DNA from: Moraxella nasicaprae
GTDB lineage: Bacteria; Pseudomonadota; Gammaproteobacteria; Pseudomonadales; Moraxellaceae
DNA: 32,000 bases
Reading direction: 5' to 3'
Assembly (NCBI RefSeq): GCF_025643275.1
Contig: NZ_CP089977.1
Location: 1,650,001-1,682,000 of the forward strand
Below the pieces are notes generated by a model. That model saw nothing but the letters and a program-made list of their open reading frames with translations. It ran no database searches and was not told the origin of the DNA. The position numbers and the translations under genes were made by a program. Shown here in pieces: positions 8,107-17,009 of this stretch; position 1 is the stretch's first letter, and each line of letters opens with the position of its first letter.

Positions 8107-8870
8107 TATTTTGCATTGGTTTTAAATTGGGGCGATACAGGCACACTAAAAGCCAATGGTAAAACCAAAGGGGTAATGGGCATCAGTCATATCATTGAAG
8201 CCAGAATGCGTAAAGATGGTATGAGCTATGATGGGGTGGTGTCTATGCTGACAGATAAGATTGTGCCTGCGATTGCACAGGGACGTGTTTTTGATATACA
8301 GGTATCACATAATGGTAATGAAACCAGCAAGCTGACTTATGATGGTCATTTTGTAGTATTAAGAAAAGCCAAAGGTAGTAATGCTTGGATTATCACAGCG
8401 TATGATTTGTTTGAAGGTGGTCGTGGTAAGGTAGATGGCAAAACCACGCCTACTGAACATCAGTCCTATTCCTCTCGTGCTGATGCAGGAGCTCCAAACA
8501 AATCTAGTGTACCATCTACTGACACTAACAGCAACCAAAAATACGCCACAAGGAGCATGAAGTAAACTTAATCAAGCGTCAGGGAAATAATAGCTGGGTC
8601 ATTACAGCGTATGAGCCGTATCAAGGGTCAGATGATGGCAGTAGTGTAGGTGGATATACATCTACCCCTACGCATACCAACCCTACAATTACTCGTGATG
8701 ATATGGGAGCATCTGACGAAACCAGTGTACCATCTGCCGACACTCAGGACAACCAAAAAATACGCTACTCTGTACGGCATACGGTAGAACAGGAGCTGGA
8801 TAGACCACTAACGAAGTGTTTGATTCTTTGATTGATGAGCGTATTGATGAGGCTTACGCCAAATAAAAAC
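8107..8870 (+). pseudogene. Degraded BECR/RelE-fold nuclease-like (polyvalent-protein or polymorphic-toxin-like) gene remnant with a partial tandem duplication
   Basis: ORF 8116..8565 has no ATG or SD (TTG start 9 nt after an in-frame stop). It encodes 'WGDTG..GKTKGVMGISHIIEARMRKDG...VVLRKAKGSNAWIITAYD...SVPSTDTNSNQKYAT'. Its last third is repeated at 8566-8775 in another frame ('VNLIKRQGNNSWVITAYE...SVPSADTQDNQK'), followed by further frame breaks. The family assignment comes from memory of domain motifs only. Confidence 0.4.
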
Positions 8871-8893
8871 CCTGCCAAGCGACAGGGTTTTTA
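8866..8893. terminator. Bidirectional rho-independent terminator
   Basis: 'aaaaaccctg-ccaagcga-cagggttttt' has A-run and T-run flanks. It lies between the plus-strand remnant and the stop of the minus-strand gene at 8900. Confidence 0.75.
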
Positions 8894-8899
8894 TTTGGG

Positions 8900-9562
8900 T
8901 TATTTTTGCACCCATTGACGAATTTTTTCTCGTTCTTCTTCTGAGGCATTGAGCCAAAGTTGCATAAATCCATCAAGGCTATTTGATTTGACCTGAGCTG
9001 GCACGCTGGCAGAGGTTTGAGCAGGAATTGCCGCTGGAATTGTGGTAGAGGTTTGGCTGATACCAGCAAGGGCTTGCTGATTGGCGATGACTGCTTTGTT
9101 ATTTCGACCAAAAATACCGCCCAAAGTCTGACCAAGACCTGCCAATAATCCTGCTCTGTTTTCGGTGCTGTTTTCCTGAGCGATGATTTTGCCGTTTTGT
9201 ACGACAGCAAGGCTTGGCGATTTGATGTATTCCTGAGCGGCTACATAGTTATTTGGTTGATTTGGCATCACAAGCTGATAGGTTTGATTATCCGCCAAAT
9301 CAACGGTCAGGGTAATACTGTCTGATTTTAGGTAGTCGTGTTCTTGGTTTCGCAAGTCAAACAAGCGGTCATAGCGTGCCGTGATGACATGGCGACCAGC
9401 ATCAAGAGTAAACTGTTTTTGTAGCGGTTGCAGTAAGCCTTGTTTGATTTCTTTGCCATTGATGGCGATGACTTTGATGTGATTATCCACATCAAGTTGC
9501 ACCTGAGCAAAGGCGTGATGGCTCAGCAGGGCTGCTGCTGCGATGGCGATGATTTTTTTCAT
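8900..9562 (-). CDS. YccT/UPF0319 (DUF2057)-like periplasmic protein
   Basis: The signal peptide is 'MKKIIAIAAAALLSHHAFA'. The beta-rich N-terminal half ('IKVIAINGKEI...FTLDAGRHVITARY'), the low-complexity middle and the C-terminal 'FMQLWLNASEEEREKIRQWV' parallel E. coli YccT. AAGGA lies 5 nt upstream of the ATG. Confidence 0.65.
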   Translation of the reverse strand: MKKIIAIAAAALLSHHAFAQVQLDVDNHIKVIAINGKEIKQGLLQPLQKQFTLDAGRHVITARYDRLFDLRNQEHDYLKSDSITLTVDLADNQTYQLVMPNQPNNYVAAQEYIKSPSLAVVQNGKIIAQENSTENRAGLLAGLGQTLGGIFGRNNKAVIANQQALAGISQTSTTIPAAIPAQTSASVPAQVKSNSLDGFMQLWLNASEEEREKIRQWVQK

Positions 9563-9907
9563 GATAATCCTTAAAATCGGTGGAGATTGCCTAGCAAAAT
9601 AGCACTTTTTGGCAGGCTTGGCAAGAATTTTTTGATGATGCCATCAAGATTTTATCAGGGATTTTTATTTCATTGGGGTTTTGTTGTGATGTTGGATTGT
9701 TGGTGTATCACAAAGCCATACTAAAAATCAAACAACTAAGCAGAGTAAATTTTGGCGATGATTGAAAAAAGTATGCCATAAAGATAACTTGCTTGCGACA
9801 AAAACTTGGGGTAAGCGAATAACTTGACTTGGCATACTTTTTCAAGCATTGCCAGTTAGTTTTGGTCTGGTTGCAACTTTGTCAATTTTGTCAATCACTT
9901 ACATCAC

Positions 9908-10684
9908 TTAAAATGATGGGCTGTGCATACCATCTGTTTGACCGTGATTGGTCAATTCTAATAAAAAGGTCTGCTTATCAATCAGCTCTTTGGTTTCGTT
10001 GATGGTTTTTTTGGGAATTTGTTTTTTGAGCAAGGTTAATTTTGGTACGATGGCTGTGATGACGGCGATGATGTCGCCTGCATTGCGTGGACCTTTGAGT
10101 AATAGATGTTGATAAATCTCATCTGGCAGGCGTAGATTTTTGTGCTTTAAGATGGTGCTAAGCAGTTTGTCTCTGTCTTGCTCATGGTCAAACACAGGGA
10201 TTTCTAGCAGTGGACTTAGTGACAGACGGGTTATCAAATCAGGCAGTCCGATAGCCAGTTCTTGGGCGGGATTGTCTGCTAAGAATAGCATTTGTTTTTG
10301 TTGTTCACGCACTTTATTGATTAAATCAAACAGTCCTGTTTGCCATTCATAGCTATGGCGTATGTATTGCAAATCATCAATGATGACCAAATCAAACATA
10401 TCCAGCCCAACCAAAGCATCAGCATTGGGGTCTTGATGAATGAGGTCTTTTAGGGATAGACTGATGGCGGTTTGGCGTGTCTGCTGGGTATAGCTGTGAT
10501 AAATGGCTGTCGCCAGATGAGTCTTGCCAGCACCATAGTCACCCACGATGAACAACTCTTTGAGTTCGCCAGCCATCAGTTTGGCAACCGCTTCGTTGAT
10601 GGCAGAAAAACCATCAAAACGAAAATCAGCCAAGCTAATTTCGTGGCGGATATGAATGTCTAGCAAATCTTGATATGCAGTCAT
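9908..10684 (-). CDS. hda: DnaA regulatory inactivator Hda (DnaA-related AAA+ protein)
   Basis: Walker A 'GDYGAGKTHLATAI', Walker B 'LVIIDDLQ', and 'LFDLINKVREQQKQMLFLADNPAQEL..LPDLITRL'. It sits next to an AI-2E transporter gene and purMN, as in Pseudomonas-type genomes. Confidence 0.85.
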   Translation of the reverse strand: MTAYQDLLDIHIRHEISLADFRFDGFSAINEAVAKLMAGELKELFIVGDYGAGKTHLATAIYHSYTQQTRQTAISLSLKDLIHQDPNADALVGLDMFDLVIIDDLQYIRHSYEWQTGLFDLINKVREQQKQMLFLADNPAQELAIGLPDLITRLSLSPLLEIPVFDHEQDRDKLLSTILKHKNLRLPDEIYQHLLLKGPRNAGDIIAVITAIVPKLTLLKKQIPKKTINETKELIDKQTFLLELTNHGQTDGMHSPSF

Positions 10685-10758
10685 TGTATGGTTTTTCTCA
10701 TCTAATCAACTATCGATTATATATATCATAGTCTGTGTTTATCATCAAGCAAAAATCA

Positions 10759-11847
10759 TCAAAGTTGCCATTTGTTTTGATAATAACTGCTATTTTGGTA
10801 GGCGTGGTAAGCATGCTCAAACAAAACTTTCAGCACAGCCGAGACGGGTAAAGCAATGAGCATACCAACAAAGCCGAACAAAGACGCACCTGCCAGCACT
10901 GAGAAAATGACCCAAAGTGGCGACAGACCGATTTTATTGCCCAATAAAAATGGTTGTAAGACATAAGATTCAATCACTTGCCCAACCATGAACGCCCCAA
11001 AGATAAGCCCTAGATACACCCAATCTAAGCCAAATTGGAATACGCCAGCCAGCAAAGCAGCGATGATGCCCAGTCCAAACCCCAAGTATGGCACAAAGCT
11101 GGCAATGCCTGCACTGATGCCAATGATAAGCCCAAGTTTTAATCCAATCAATTCAAGCTGAATGGCGTAAATCGCTCCAAGTAGCAACATCACCAATAGC
11201 TGACCTTTGGCAAAACTCATCAATGCCTCATCACAATCTTTGGCGATTTGGCAGACTGTATGGGTGTAGGCTTGTGGCACGGCATTTTTCCAAGTATCTA
11301 AGCGTGCTTGCCAGCCAATCAAAAAATAAAAAATCAAAATCGGCACCATCACCACCAAACCAAAACCGTTGGCAAAGCTCATGCCAGAGGCTAGGGCAGT
11401 TTTTAAAAAACCTTGTGCGTCAGCAAATTGATAATTTTCTTGCAGATAGTTGATGATGGTGTTAGACAAGATGTCTGTGTCTAGGGCAAAAAGCTCACTG
11501 CCTGTGTACTTGGACAGCCAAGGGCTTGCAACATTATTATACCAAGCAACCCCAGCAGGTAATGATTGCCATAATAGCAACATCTGCTCCCATAATTTTG
11601 GTGCCAGCCAGACAAATAAAGCAATGATGAATAATAGACTACTAATATAGACAGTCAAAATCGCTCCAATGCGTGGCATCAGCTTGCTGAGACGAACGAC
11701 TAAGGGGTTTAAAAAATAAGCCAAAATAAATGATGCAGCGAACGGTGCAATCACTGATTTCATCAAAAATAATGTGTATAGAAATAAACAGAGTGCTACT
11801 AATATCAACAATCTGCGAAAAAATGGGTCGATGGTGACTCTGGGCAT
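10759..11847 (-). CDS. AI-2E family transporter (PerM/YdiK-like permease)
   Basis: This is an 8-TM-like hydrophobic protein. The C-terminal 'QVIESYVLQPFLLGNKIGLSPLWVIFSVLAGASLFGFVGMLIALPV' is characteristic of the UPF0118/AI-2E family. Confidence 0.85.
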   Translation of the reverse strand: MPRVTIDPFFRRLLILVALCLFLYTLFLMKSVIAPFAASFILAYFLNPLVVRLSKLMPRIGAILTVYISSLLFIIALFVWLAPKLWEQMLLLWQSLPAGVAWYNNVASPWLSKYTGSELFALDTDILSNTIINYLQENYQFADAQGFLKTALASGMSFANGFGLVVMVPILIFYFLIGWQARLDTWKNAVPQAYTHTVCQIAKDCDEALMSFAKGQLLVMLLLGAIYAIQLELIGLKLGLIIGISAGIASFVPYLGFGLGIIAALLAGVFQFGLDWVYLGLIFGAFMVGQVIESYVLQPFLLGNKIGLSPLWVIFSVLAGASLFGFVGMLIALPVSAVLKVLFEHAYHAYQNSSYYQNKWQL

Positions 11848-11986
11848 TGTCTTGATTTCAATAAAAATAAGATAAATAGAGTTATTTTAATTATTTTGAG
11901 TGCTTTTTTCAATGAAAAATGATGAAATTTTATTACAAGAAATGATGAAATTGATTAATTTTTTAAAAACACTTTGGGTAAAAATT

Positions 11987-11995
11987 TGTTATAAT
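11987..11995 (+). promoter_or_regulatory. Candidate extended -10 promoter element for purMN
   Basis: A perfect TGtTATAAT lies about 48 nt upstream of the purM ATG. There is no good -35, which is consistent with an extended -10 promoter. Confidence 0.45.
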
Positions 11996-12042
11996 TAGGT
12001 TTGTCATTTGTTTCTAGGATTGGTTACCAAAAAGGGTGTTAT

Positions 12043-13086
12043 ATGAGCGGTCAAATTTCTTTAAGTTATAAAGATGCAGGCGTAGATATTGATGCTGGCG
12101 AAGCGTTGGTGTCTCGTATTAAATCGGTGGCAAAAGCAACCAGTCGTCCAGAGGTGTTGGGCGGTTTGGGTGGATTTGGTGCATTGTGCCGTATTCCACA
12201 GGGTTATAAATCGCCATTGTTGGTTTCAGGCACAGATGGTGTTGGCACAAAGCTAAAACTTGCCCTACAACTAAATCGTCACGAGACCATTGGTCAGGAT
12301 TTGGTGGCGATGTGTGTGAATGACTTGTTGGTGTGTGGTGCAGAGCCATTGTTTTTCTTGGATTATTATGCCACAGGCAAACTTGATGTCGATACGGCAG
12401 CAACAGTGATTGCAGGGATTGGCGAGGGCTGTCAGCTTGCTAATTGTGCATTGATTGGTGGCGAGACTGCTGAGATGCCTGGTATGTATCAGGACGAAGA
12501 TTACGACTTGGCAGGTTTTTGTGTGGGCGTGGTTGAAGAAGATGAGGTCATCACAGGGGCTAATGTTCAAGAAGGCGATGTGTTGATTGCTTTGGCATCT
12601 AGTGGCGTGCATTCAAACGGCTATTCTTTGGTCAGAAAAGTCCTTGAAGTGACGGGTGTTGATGTGAATGCACATATGCTGGCAAATCAGTCCCTTGCTG
12701 ATGCCTTGATGACACCGACACGCATCTATGTTAAGTCAGTCAATGCACTACAAAAAAGTCTTGGCAATGCCAATATTCACGCAATGGCACACATCACAGG
12801 TGGTGGTCTGACCGAAAATCTACCACGAGTATTGCCTAAGCAGCTGGCAGCACAGATTGACACACAAAGCTGGCAGTTGCCAGAGCTATTTCAATGGCTG
12901 CAACAGGGCGGCAATATCCAAACCATGGAAATGTATCGCACCTTTAACTGTGGCGTAGGGTTTGTACTGGTTGTGCCACAAGATAAGGCAGAGCAAGCAA
13001 TGAGTGAGCTGAGTGCTCATGGCGAGACAGTCTGGCAGATTGGGCGGATTGTTCAGCGTACAGCGGGTGCGGTCGAGTATGTCTAA
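12043..13086 (+). CDS. purM: Phosphoribosylformylglycinamidine cyclo-ligase (AIR synthetase)
   Basis: '[24 protein letters not shown]...[13 protein letters not shown]...[10 protein letters not shown]...[10 protein letters not shown]' are canonical PurM motifs. The start is set at ATG 12043, preceded by AAGGG. Confidence 0.97.
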   Translation: MSGQISLSYKDAGVDIDAGEALVSRIKSVAKATSRPEVLGGLGGFGALCRIPQGYKSPLLVSGTDGVGTKLKLALQLNRHETIGQDLVAMCVNDLLVCGAEPLFFLDYYATGKLDVDTAATVIAGIGEGCQLANCALIGGETAEMPGMYQDEDYDLAGFCVGVVEEDEVITGANVQEGDVLIALASSGVHSNGYSLVRKVLEVTGVDVNAHMLANQSLADALMTPTRIYVKSVNALQKSLGNANIHAMAHITGGGLTENLPRVLPKQLAAQIDTQSWQLPELFQWLQQGGNIQTMEMYRTFNCGVGFVLVVPQDKAEQAMSELSAHGETVWQIGRIVQRTAGAVEYV

Positions 13087-13726
13087 TCCGCTAAAAATCG
13101 CTGTTCTGGTCTCAGGCAGTGGTTCAAATCTACAAGTGATGATTGATGGCATGCAAGCTGGTCGATTACCGATTCAGATTGTAGGTGTGATTAGTAATAA
13201 CGCTGATGCTTATGCCAACACTCGCACAATGCAGGCTGGGATTGAGCTGGCGTTATTGTCGCACACCCAAAGTGGCAAGCGTATGAGCATTGCCACTTTC
13301 GAAAAACACGCTTTGGCACAGATTCAAGATTGGTCGCCTGATTTGGTGGTGTTGGCTGGTTTTATGCGGGTATTATCTGCTGATTTTATCGCATCTGTAC
13401 CATGTCCTATCATCAATCTGCACCCATCACTACTGCCACATTATAAAGGATTAAACACACACGCCCGAGTACTGGCATCTGGCGAGCGGTATCATGGATG
13501 TAGCGTGCATTTGGTTACTGCCCAATTGGACGCAGGCAAGGTATTGACCCAAGCCAATCTTGCCACTCATGCAGGCGAGACGGCTGACCGGCTTGCCAAA
13601 CGAGTGCAAAGATTGGAGCATCAGCTGGTACCATTGACACTGACCATGATGGCATCAGGATTGATTGATGCGGCTAATACATCAAATAGCCAGATTGATT
13701 TACCATTAAGACTGTGGTTTGACTAA
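13079..13726 (+). CDS. purN: Phosphoribosylglycinamide formyltransferase
   Basis: '[14 protein letters not shown]', '[10 protein letters not shown]', '[18 protein letters not shown]' and '[14 protein letters not shown]' are PurN motifs. The ATG at 13079 overlaps the purM stop by 8 nt. Confidence 0.95.
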   Translation: MSNPLKIAVLVSGSGSNLQVMIDGMQAGRLPIQIVGVISNNADAYANTRTMQAGIELALLSHTQSGKRMSIATFEKHALAQIQDWSPDLVVLAGFMRVLSADFIASVPCPIINLHPSLLPHYKGLNTHARVLASGERYHGCSVHLVTAQLDAGKVLTQANLATHAGETADRLAKRVQRLEHQLVPLTLTMMASGLIDAANTSNSQIDLPLRLWFD

Positions 13727-13730
13727 AAAT

Positions 13731-13770
13731 AAAAAAGCTGTCTAAATTAAGACAGCTTTTTTATTTTTTT
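13731..13770. terminator. Bidirectional terminator between purN and fdx
   Basis: 'aaaaaagctgtct-aaatta-agacagctttttt' is followed by ATTTTTTT. The A-run on the other side serves the convergent fdx. Confidence 0.8.
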
Positions 13771-13776
13771 GGAAAA

Positions 13777-14115
13777 TTAGTGATTTTCTTTGGCGTGGTT
13801 TAGGGTGTATTTGGGAATTTCCACAACCAAATCTTCGCCAGCCACGATGCACTGACATGATAGGCGAGAGTCTGGCTCCAAGCCCCATGCACGGTCAAGC
13901 AAATCGCCTTCGATGTCGTCCATCTCTTCTAGGCTATCAAAGCCTTGACGAATGATGACATGGCAAGTGGTGCAGGCTTTTGACATATCGCAGGCATGCT
14001 CAATTTTGATGCCATGCTGATGCAGACCTTCTAGCAGGTTATCGCCTTCTTTTAGCTCAACGGTTGCTCCTTCGGGGCAAATTTCGTGATGGGGTAATAC
14101 AGTTACGGTTGTCAT
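13777..14115 (-). CDS. fdx: ISC-system [2Fe-2S] ferredoxin
   Basis: 'IEHACDMSKACTTCHVII..WGLEPDSRLSCQC..DLVVEIPKYTLNHAKE' is nearly colinear with E. coli Fdx. Confidence 0.95.
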   Translation of the reverse strand: MTTVTVLPHHEICPEGATVELKEGDNLLEGLHQHGIKIEHACDMSKACTTCHVIIRQGFDSLEEMDDIEGDLLDRAWGLEPDSRLSCQCIVAGEDLVVEIPKYTLNHAKENH

Positions 14116-14143
14116 AATGTGTTCTCTTTATTTTGGCTGTTAG

Positions 14144-16009
14144 CTAGTTTTGCCAATCGCTGGTGCGTGTGCCAGCAAGGGCATTTTTGACATTATTATC
14201 CATGATGATGCTGGCAAACTCATCGCTGGCGGGCTTTAATTCCACCAAAGCAGCATCAATGTGGGCTTTATCGTTTTGGGTTAAGGTTGTCTTGACAGCA
14301 TCCATTTTGGCAATCAGGTTGCTTTTTTGGTCGTCACTAAGTAAAGCAGCAAACTCATTGAGGGCGGATTCTAAGGCGATAAGTTCTCGCTCTGCTTCTA
14401 CCTTGGTTTCAATCAGCATACGAGCCAGTTTGTCTTCTTGGGCGTGAGCAAAGCCTGCCATCAACAGTTGTTCTTGCTGCTCAGGACTAAGACCATAGCT
14501 TGGACTGACTTCAATTTGACTGCTGACACCTGTGGTGGTTTCTTTGGCGGATACGGTCAGTTGCCCGTTGGCATCGATACTAAATGTTACCTCAATGCGT
14601 GCCAAACCTGCTTTCATGGCGGGAATACCATACAGCTCAAAGCGTCCAAGACTGCGACAATCTGCCACCGTGTCTCGCTCGCCTTGTACGATATGCACCA
14701 CCATGCCCGTTTGACCATCTTGGTGTGTGGTAAAAGTTTGGCGACGAGCCACAGGAATGGGCGTGTTGCGAGGTATGATGACTTCAACCAAGCCGCCCAT
14801 GGTTTCAAGACCCAAAGATAAAGGTGTGACATCAAGCAGAAGCAAGCCGTCATCTTTTTTATTGACCAGTTGGTCGGCAGCAATGCTTGCCCCTAAGGCA
14901 ACGACTTCATCAGGATTGATATTGCAAAGCGGTTCTTTGGCAAAATGTTTGGCAACCGCTTCACGAATCACAGGCATGCGAGTTGAACCACCCACCAAAA
15001 TGATGTCATTTAGATTGGATTTGTCCAGCTTAGCATCAAGCAGCACTTGTTCACAACTTTGCAGGGTTCTGCGAATGACAGGCTCAATGATTTGGGCAAG
15101 AGTATCATGATTAAGCGTGATATTTAGTGTTTGATTAGCGATGCTTAGCTCAACATCTACGGATGTTACTTTGCTTAGTTGCTGCTTATATTGTTTGGCA
15201 AGTTTGGCAAGTTTGGCTTTTTGAGTATTATCAATATCAGCAGGGTTGAGCTTGGCGGATTTGATGAACCAATTGGCAATCAAACGGTCAATATCATCAC
15301 CCCCTAGGGCACTGTTACCGCCAGTGCTAAGCACCTCAAACACACCATCGGTCAGACGCAGTAGTGATACATCAAAAGTACCACCGCCTAAATCATAAAT
15401 CAAATAAGTACCATGTGTGGTCGCTTTATCCAAGCCATAAGCAATGGCGGCGGCGGTCGGCTCATTAAGCAGACGAAGTACATGAAGACCTGCGGCACGA
15501 GCAGCGTCTTTGGTGGCAGTGCGTTGAGCCTCATCAAAATAGGCAGGCACGGTAATGACCGCCCCTTGAATGCTGTCTGCTGGTAGAGCGGCTTCGGCAT
15601 GGCGTTTTAGGCGTGCCAAGATGTGTGCAGAAGTTTCTACTGGGGACTTTTCGCCTTGCGAGGTGATGAATGCAGGCATGGTTTGTTCATCGCCAGCCAA
15701 GTCATAAGGGTGTGAAAATTTGATGTCTGATTTGGCACGACCCATGAAGCGTTTGGCAGAAATGATGGTGTTCTTGTTGTCGTCAGCAAATGCCAATGCC
15801 TCATAACCAACCAAGGCAGTATCGCTTTGATTGCCGTAATAAACCACCGATGGTAATAAAGCACCATCTTTAAATGGCAAAATATCAGCACGACCTGAAC
15901 GCACCACACCAACCAAGGAATGTGTCGTTCCTAAGTCGATACCGAGTGCGTAGCGATGCTCGTGGGGGTTTTTACTTTGATTGGGTTCGCTGATTTGTAA
16001 TAAAGACAT
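14144..16009 (-). CDS. hscA: Fe-S cluster assembly chaperone HscA (Hsp70 family)
   Basis: 'MSLLQISEP....LGIDLGTTHSLV', 'VITVPAYFDEAQR' and 'DLGGGTFDVSLL'. The start is set at ATG 16009 to match the E. coli 'MALLQISEP' N-terminus. The ORF track extends to a TTG at 16024. Confidence 0.97.
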   Translation of the reverse strand: MSLLQISEPNQSKNPHEHRYALGIDLGTTHSLVGVVRSGRADILPFKDGALLPSVVYYGNQSDTALVGYEALAFADDNKNTIISAKRFMGRAKSDIKFSHPYDLAGDEQTMPAFITSQGEKSPVETSAHILARLKRHAEAALPADSIQGAVITVPAYFDEAQRTATKDAARAAGLHVLRLLNEPTAAAIAYGLDKATTHGTYLIYDLGGGTFDVSLLRLTDGVFEVLSTGGNSALGGDDIDRLIANWFIKSAKLNPADIDNTQKAKLAKLAKQYKQQLSKVTSVDVELSIANQTLNITLNHDTLAQIIEPVIRRTLQSCEQVLLDAKLDKSNLNDIILVGGSTRMPVIREAVAKHFAKEPLCNINPDEVVALGASIAADQLVNKKDDGLLLLDVTPLSLGLETMGGLVEVIIPRNTPIPVARRQTFTTHQDGQTGMVVHIVQGERDTVADCRSLGRFELYGIPAMKAGLARIEVTFSIDANGQLTVSAKETTTGVSSQIEVSPSYGLSPEQQEQLLMAGFAHAQEDKLARMLIETKVEAERELIALESALNEFAALLSDDQKSNLIAKMDAVKTTLTQNDKAHIDAALVELKPASDEFASIIMDNNVKNALAGTRTSDWQN

Positions 16010-16079
16010 AATTTTTCTGACCAAATTGGCAATTAAAAATCAAAATTATAGCACAAAAATGATTGGGTATTGCCCAAAA

Positions 16080-16607
16080 TTAGACATACAAATCGTCATC
16101 GCCATCATTGCTGGCAAGACTTTGGCTATTTTTGGCGTGAATGTCTTGCTGTAATTTGCTCAAAAATTGCAGTTTTTTGGCGTCATCTTTGGTAGCTTGC
16201 CAATGTTGCTGAGCGTAATGATTGGCAAACATCTTAGCTTGTTCATCGATTCGTTGTTGCACATCATTGATTAAGGCATTTAGGGCTGATGATTCTTGCA
16301 GTTCGTCAAGCGAAATCCGCAATTCCATCATCTCGTCCAAAAAGTCCCAATCGCTGATGGATTGGTTTAAGTCCAAAGCCTGACCTGATAATTCTAGCAA
16401 ATAAGCCGCCCGAGTATCATCTTGATACAATGTATCGTAAGCGTGGTTAATCAGCTCTGCTTGCTTTTGGGCATGGGCACTAACATCATCTTGGCGATCT
16501 GGATGGTGCTGTTTTTGTAATTCTAATAATCTGTCTTTTAGAATTTTTTTATCAATTTCAAATTGAACTGGTAAACCAAATAAGGCAAAAAAATGATTAT
16601 CCATCAT
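16080..16607 (-). CDS. hscB: Fe-S cluster co-chaperone HscB (J-domain)
   Basis: 'FFALFGLPVQFEID...LQKQHHPDR' is a J-domain with HPD. The start is at ATG 16607 (or 16604), just after the iscA stop. The longer ORF to 16637 would overlap iscA. Confidence 0.9.
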   Translation of the reverse strand: MMDNHFFALFGLPVQFEIDKKILKDRLLELQKQHHPDRQDDVSAHAQKQAELINHAYDTLYQDDTRAAYLLELSGQALDLNQSISDWDFLDEMMELRISLDELQESSALNALINDVQQRIDEQAKMFANHYAQQHWQATKDDAKKLQFLSKLQQDIHAKNSQSLASNDGDDDLYV

Positions 16608-16614
16608 ACCACCA

Positions 16615-16935
16615 TCATACTGTAAAAGATTCGCCACAACCGCATTCGCCTGTTTGGTTTGGGTTGGTGAATTTAAATCCAGAGTTTAGACCTTCGGTCA
16701 CATAGTCCATTTGCAGACCATTGAGATATACAAGGCTTTTTGGGTCCACAAAGACCGCCACATCATGACTGACAAATTTTTCGTCAATGTCGTTAATTTC
16801 ATCAACAAATTCAAGAACATAAGCCAATCCAGAGCAGCCAGCCGTTCGTACACCCACTCGGATTCCTTCGCCATTGCCACGATTTTCTAAAAAGGCTTTT
16901 ACATGCTCGGCAGCACGAGGGGTAAGGCTAATCAT
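16615..16935 (-). CDS. iscA: Iron-sulfur cluster assembly protein IscA
   Basis: '[12 protein letters not shown]' and the C-terminal 'GECGCGESF' are the A-type carrier cysteine motifs. Confidence 0.95.
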   Translation of the reverse strand: MISLTPRAAEHVKAFLENRGNGEGIRVGVRTAGCSGLAYVLEFVDEINDIDEKFVSHDVAVFVDPKSLVYLNGLQMDYVTEGLNSGFKFTNPNQTGECGCGESFTV

Positions 16936-17009
16936 ACAAACTCCTGATGATTGATGGTGATAATGGTGGGTTAGTCAAGCTAAGACTGCCTGACTAACCA
17001 GAGCTGGAC

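Noticed and set aside
7781-8146. A 121-aa minus-strand ORF spanning the zupT 3' remnant and the start of the toxin-like fragment
   Set aside because: Neither the GTG at 8146 nor the ATG at 8116 has an SD. The C-terminal 55 codons are antisense to the zupT relic. I recognise no motif in 'MQNIIHQNTHTLTPKDSSWFLTDEHRVDNYAVTGSFCKVCKDWLRL'. It may be real (for example a relic or an immunity-like gene), but the sequence alone does not support calling it. A profile search would be needed.
8854-9210. A 118-aa minus-strand ORF overlapping the yccT-like gene
   Set aside because: It is an alternative frame nested inside the better-supported 220-aa ORF, which has a signal peptide, an SD and a family resemblance.
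9684-9713. TTGTGAT...ATCACAA inverted repeat, considered as a CRP/FNR-type site
   Set aside because: The half-sites TGTGA and TCACA are 18 nt apart rather than the 6 nt required for CRP. This is probably a chance 7-bp inverted repeat in AT-rich DNA.
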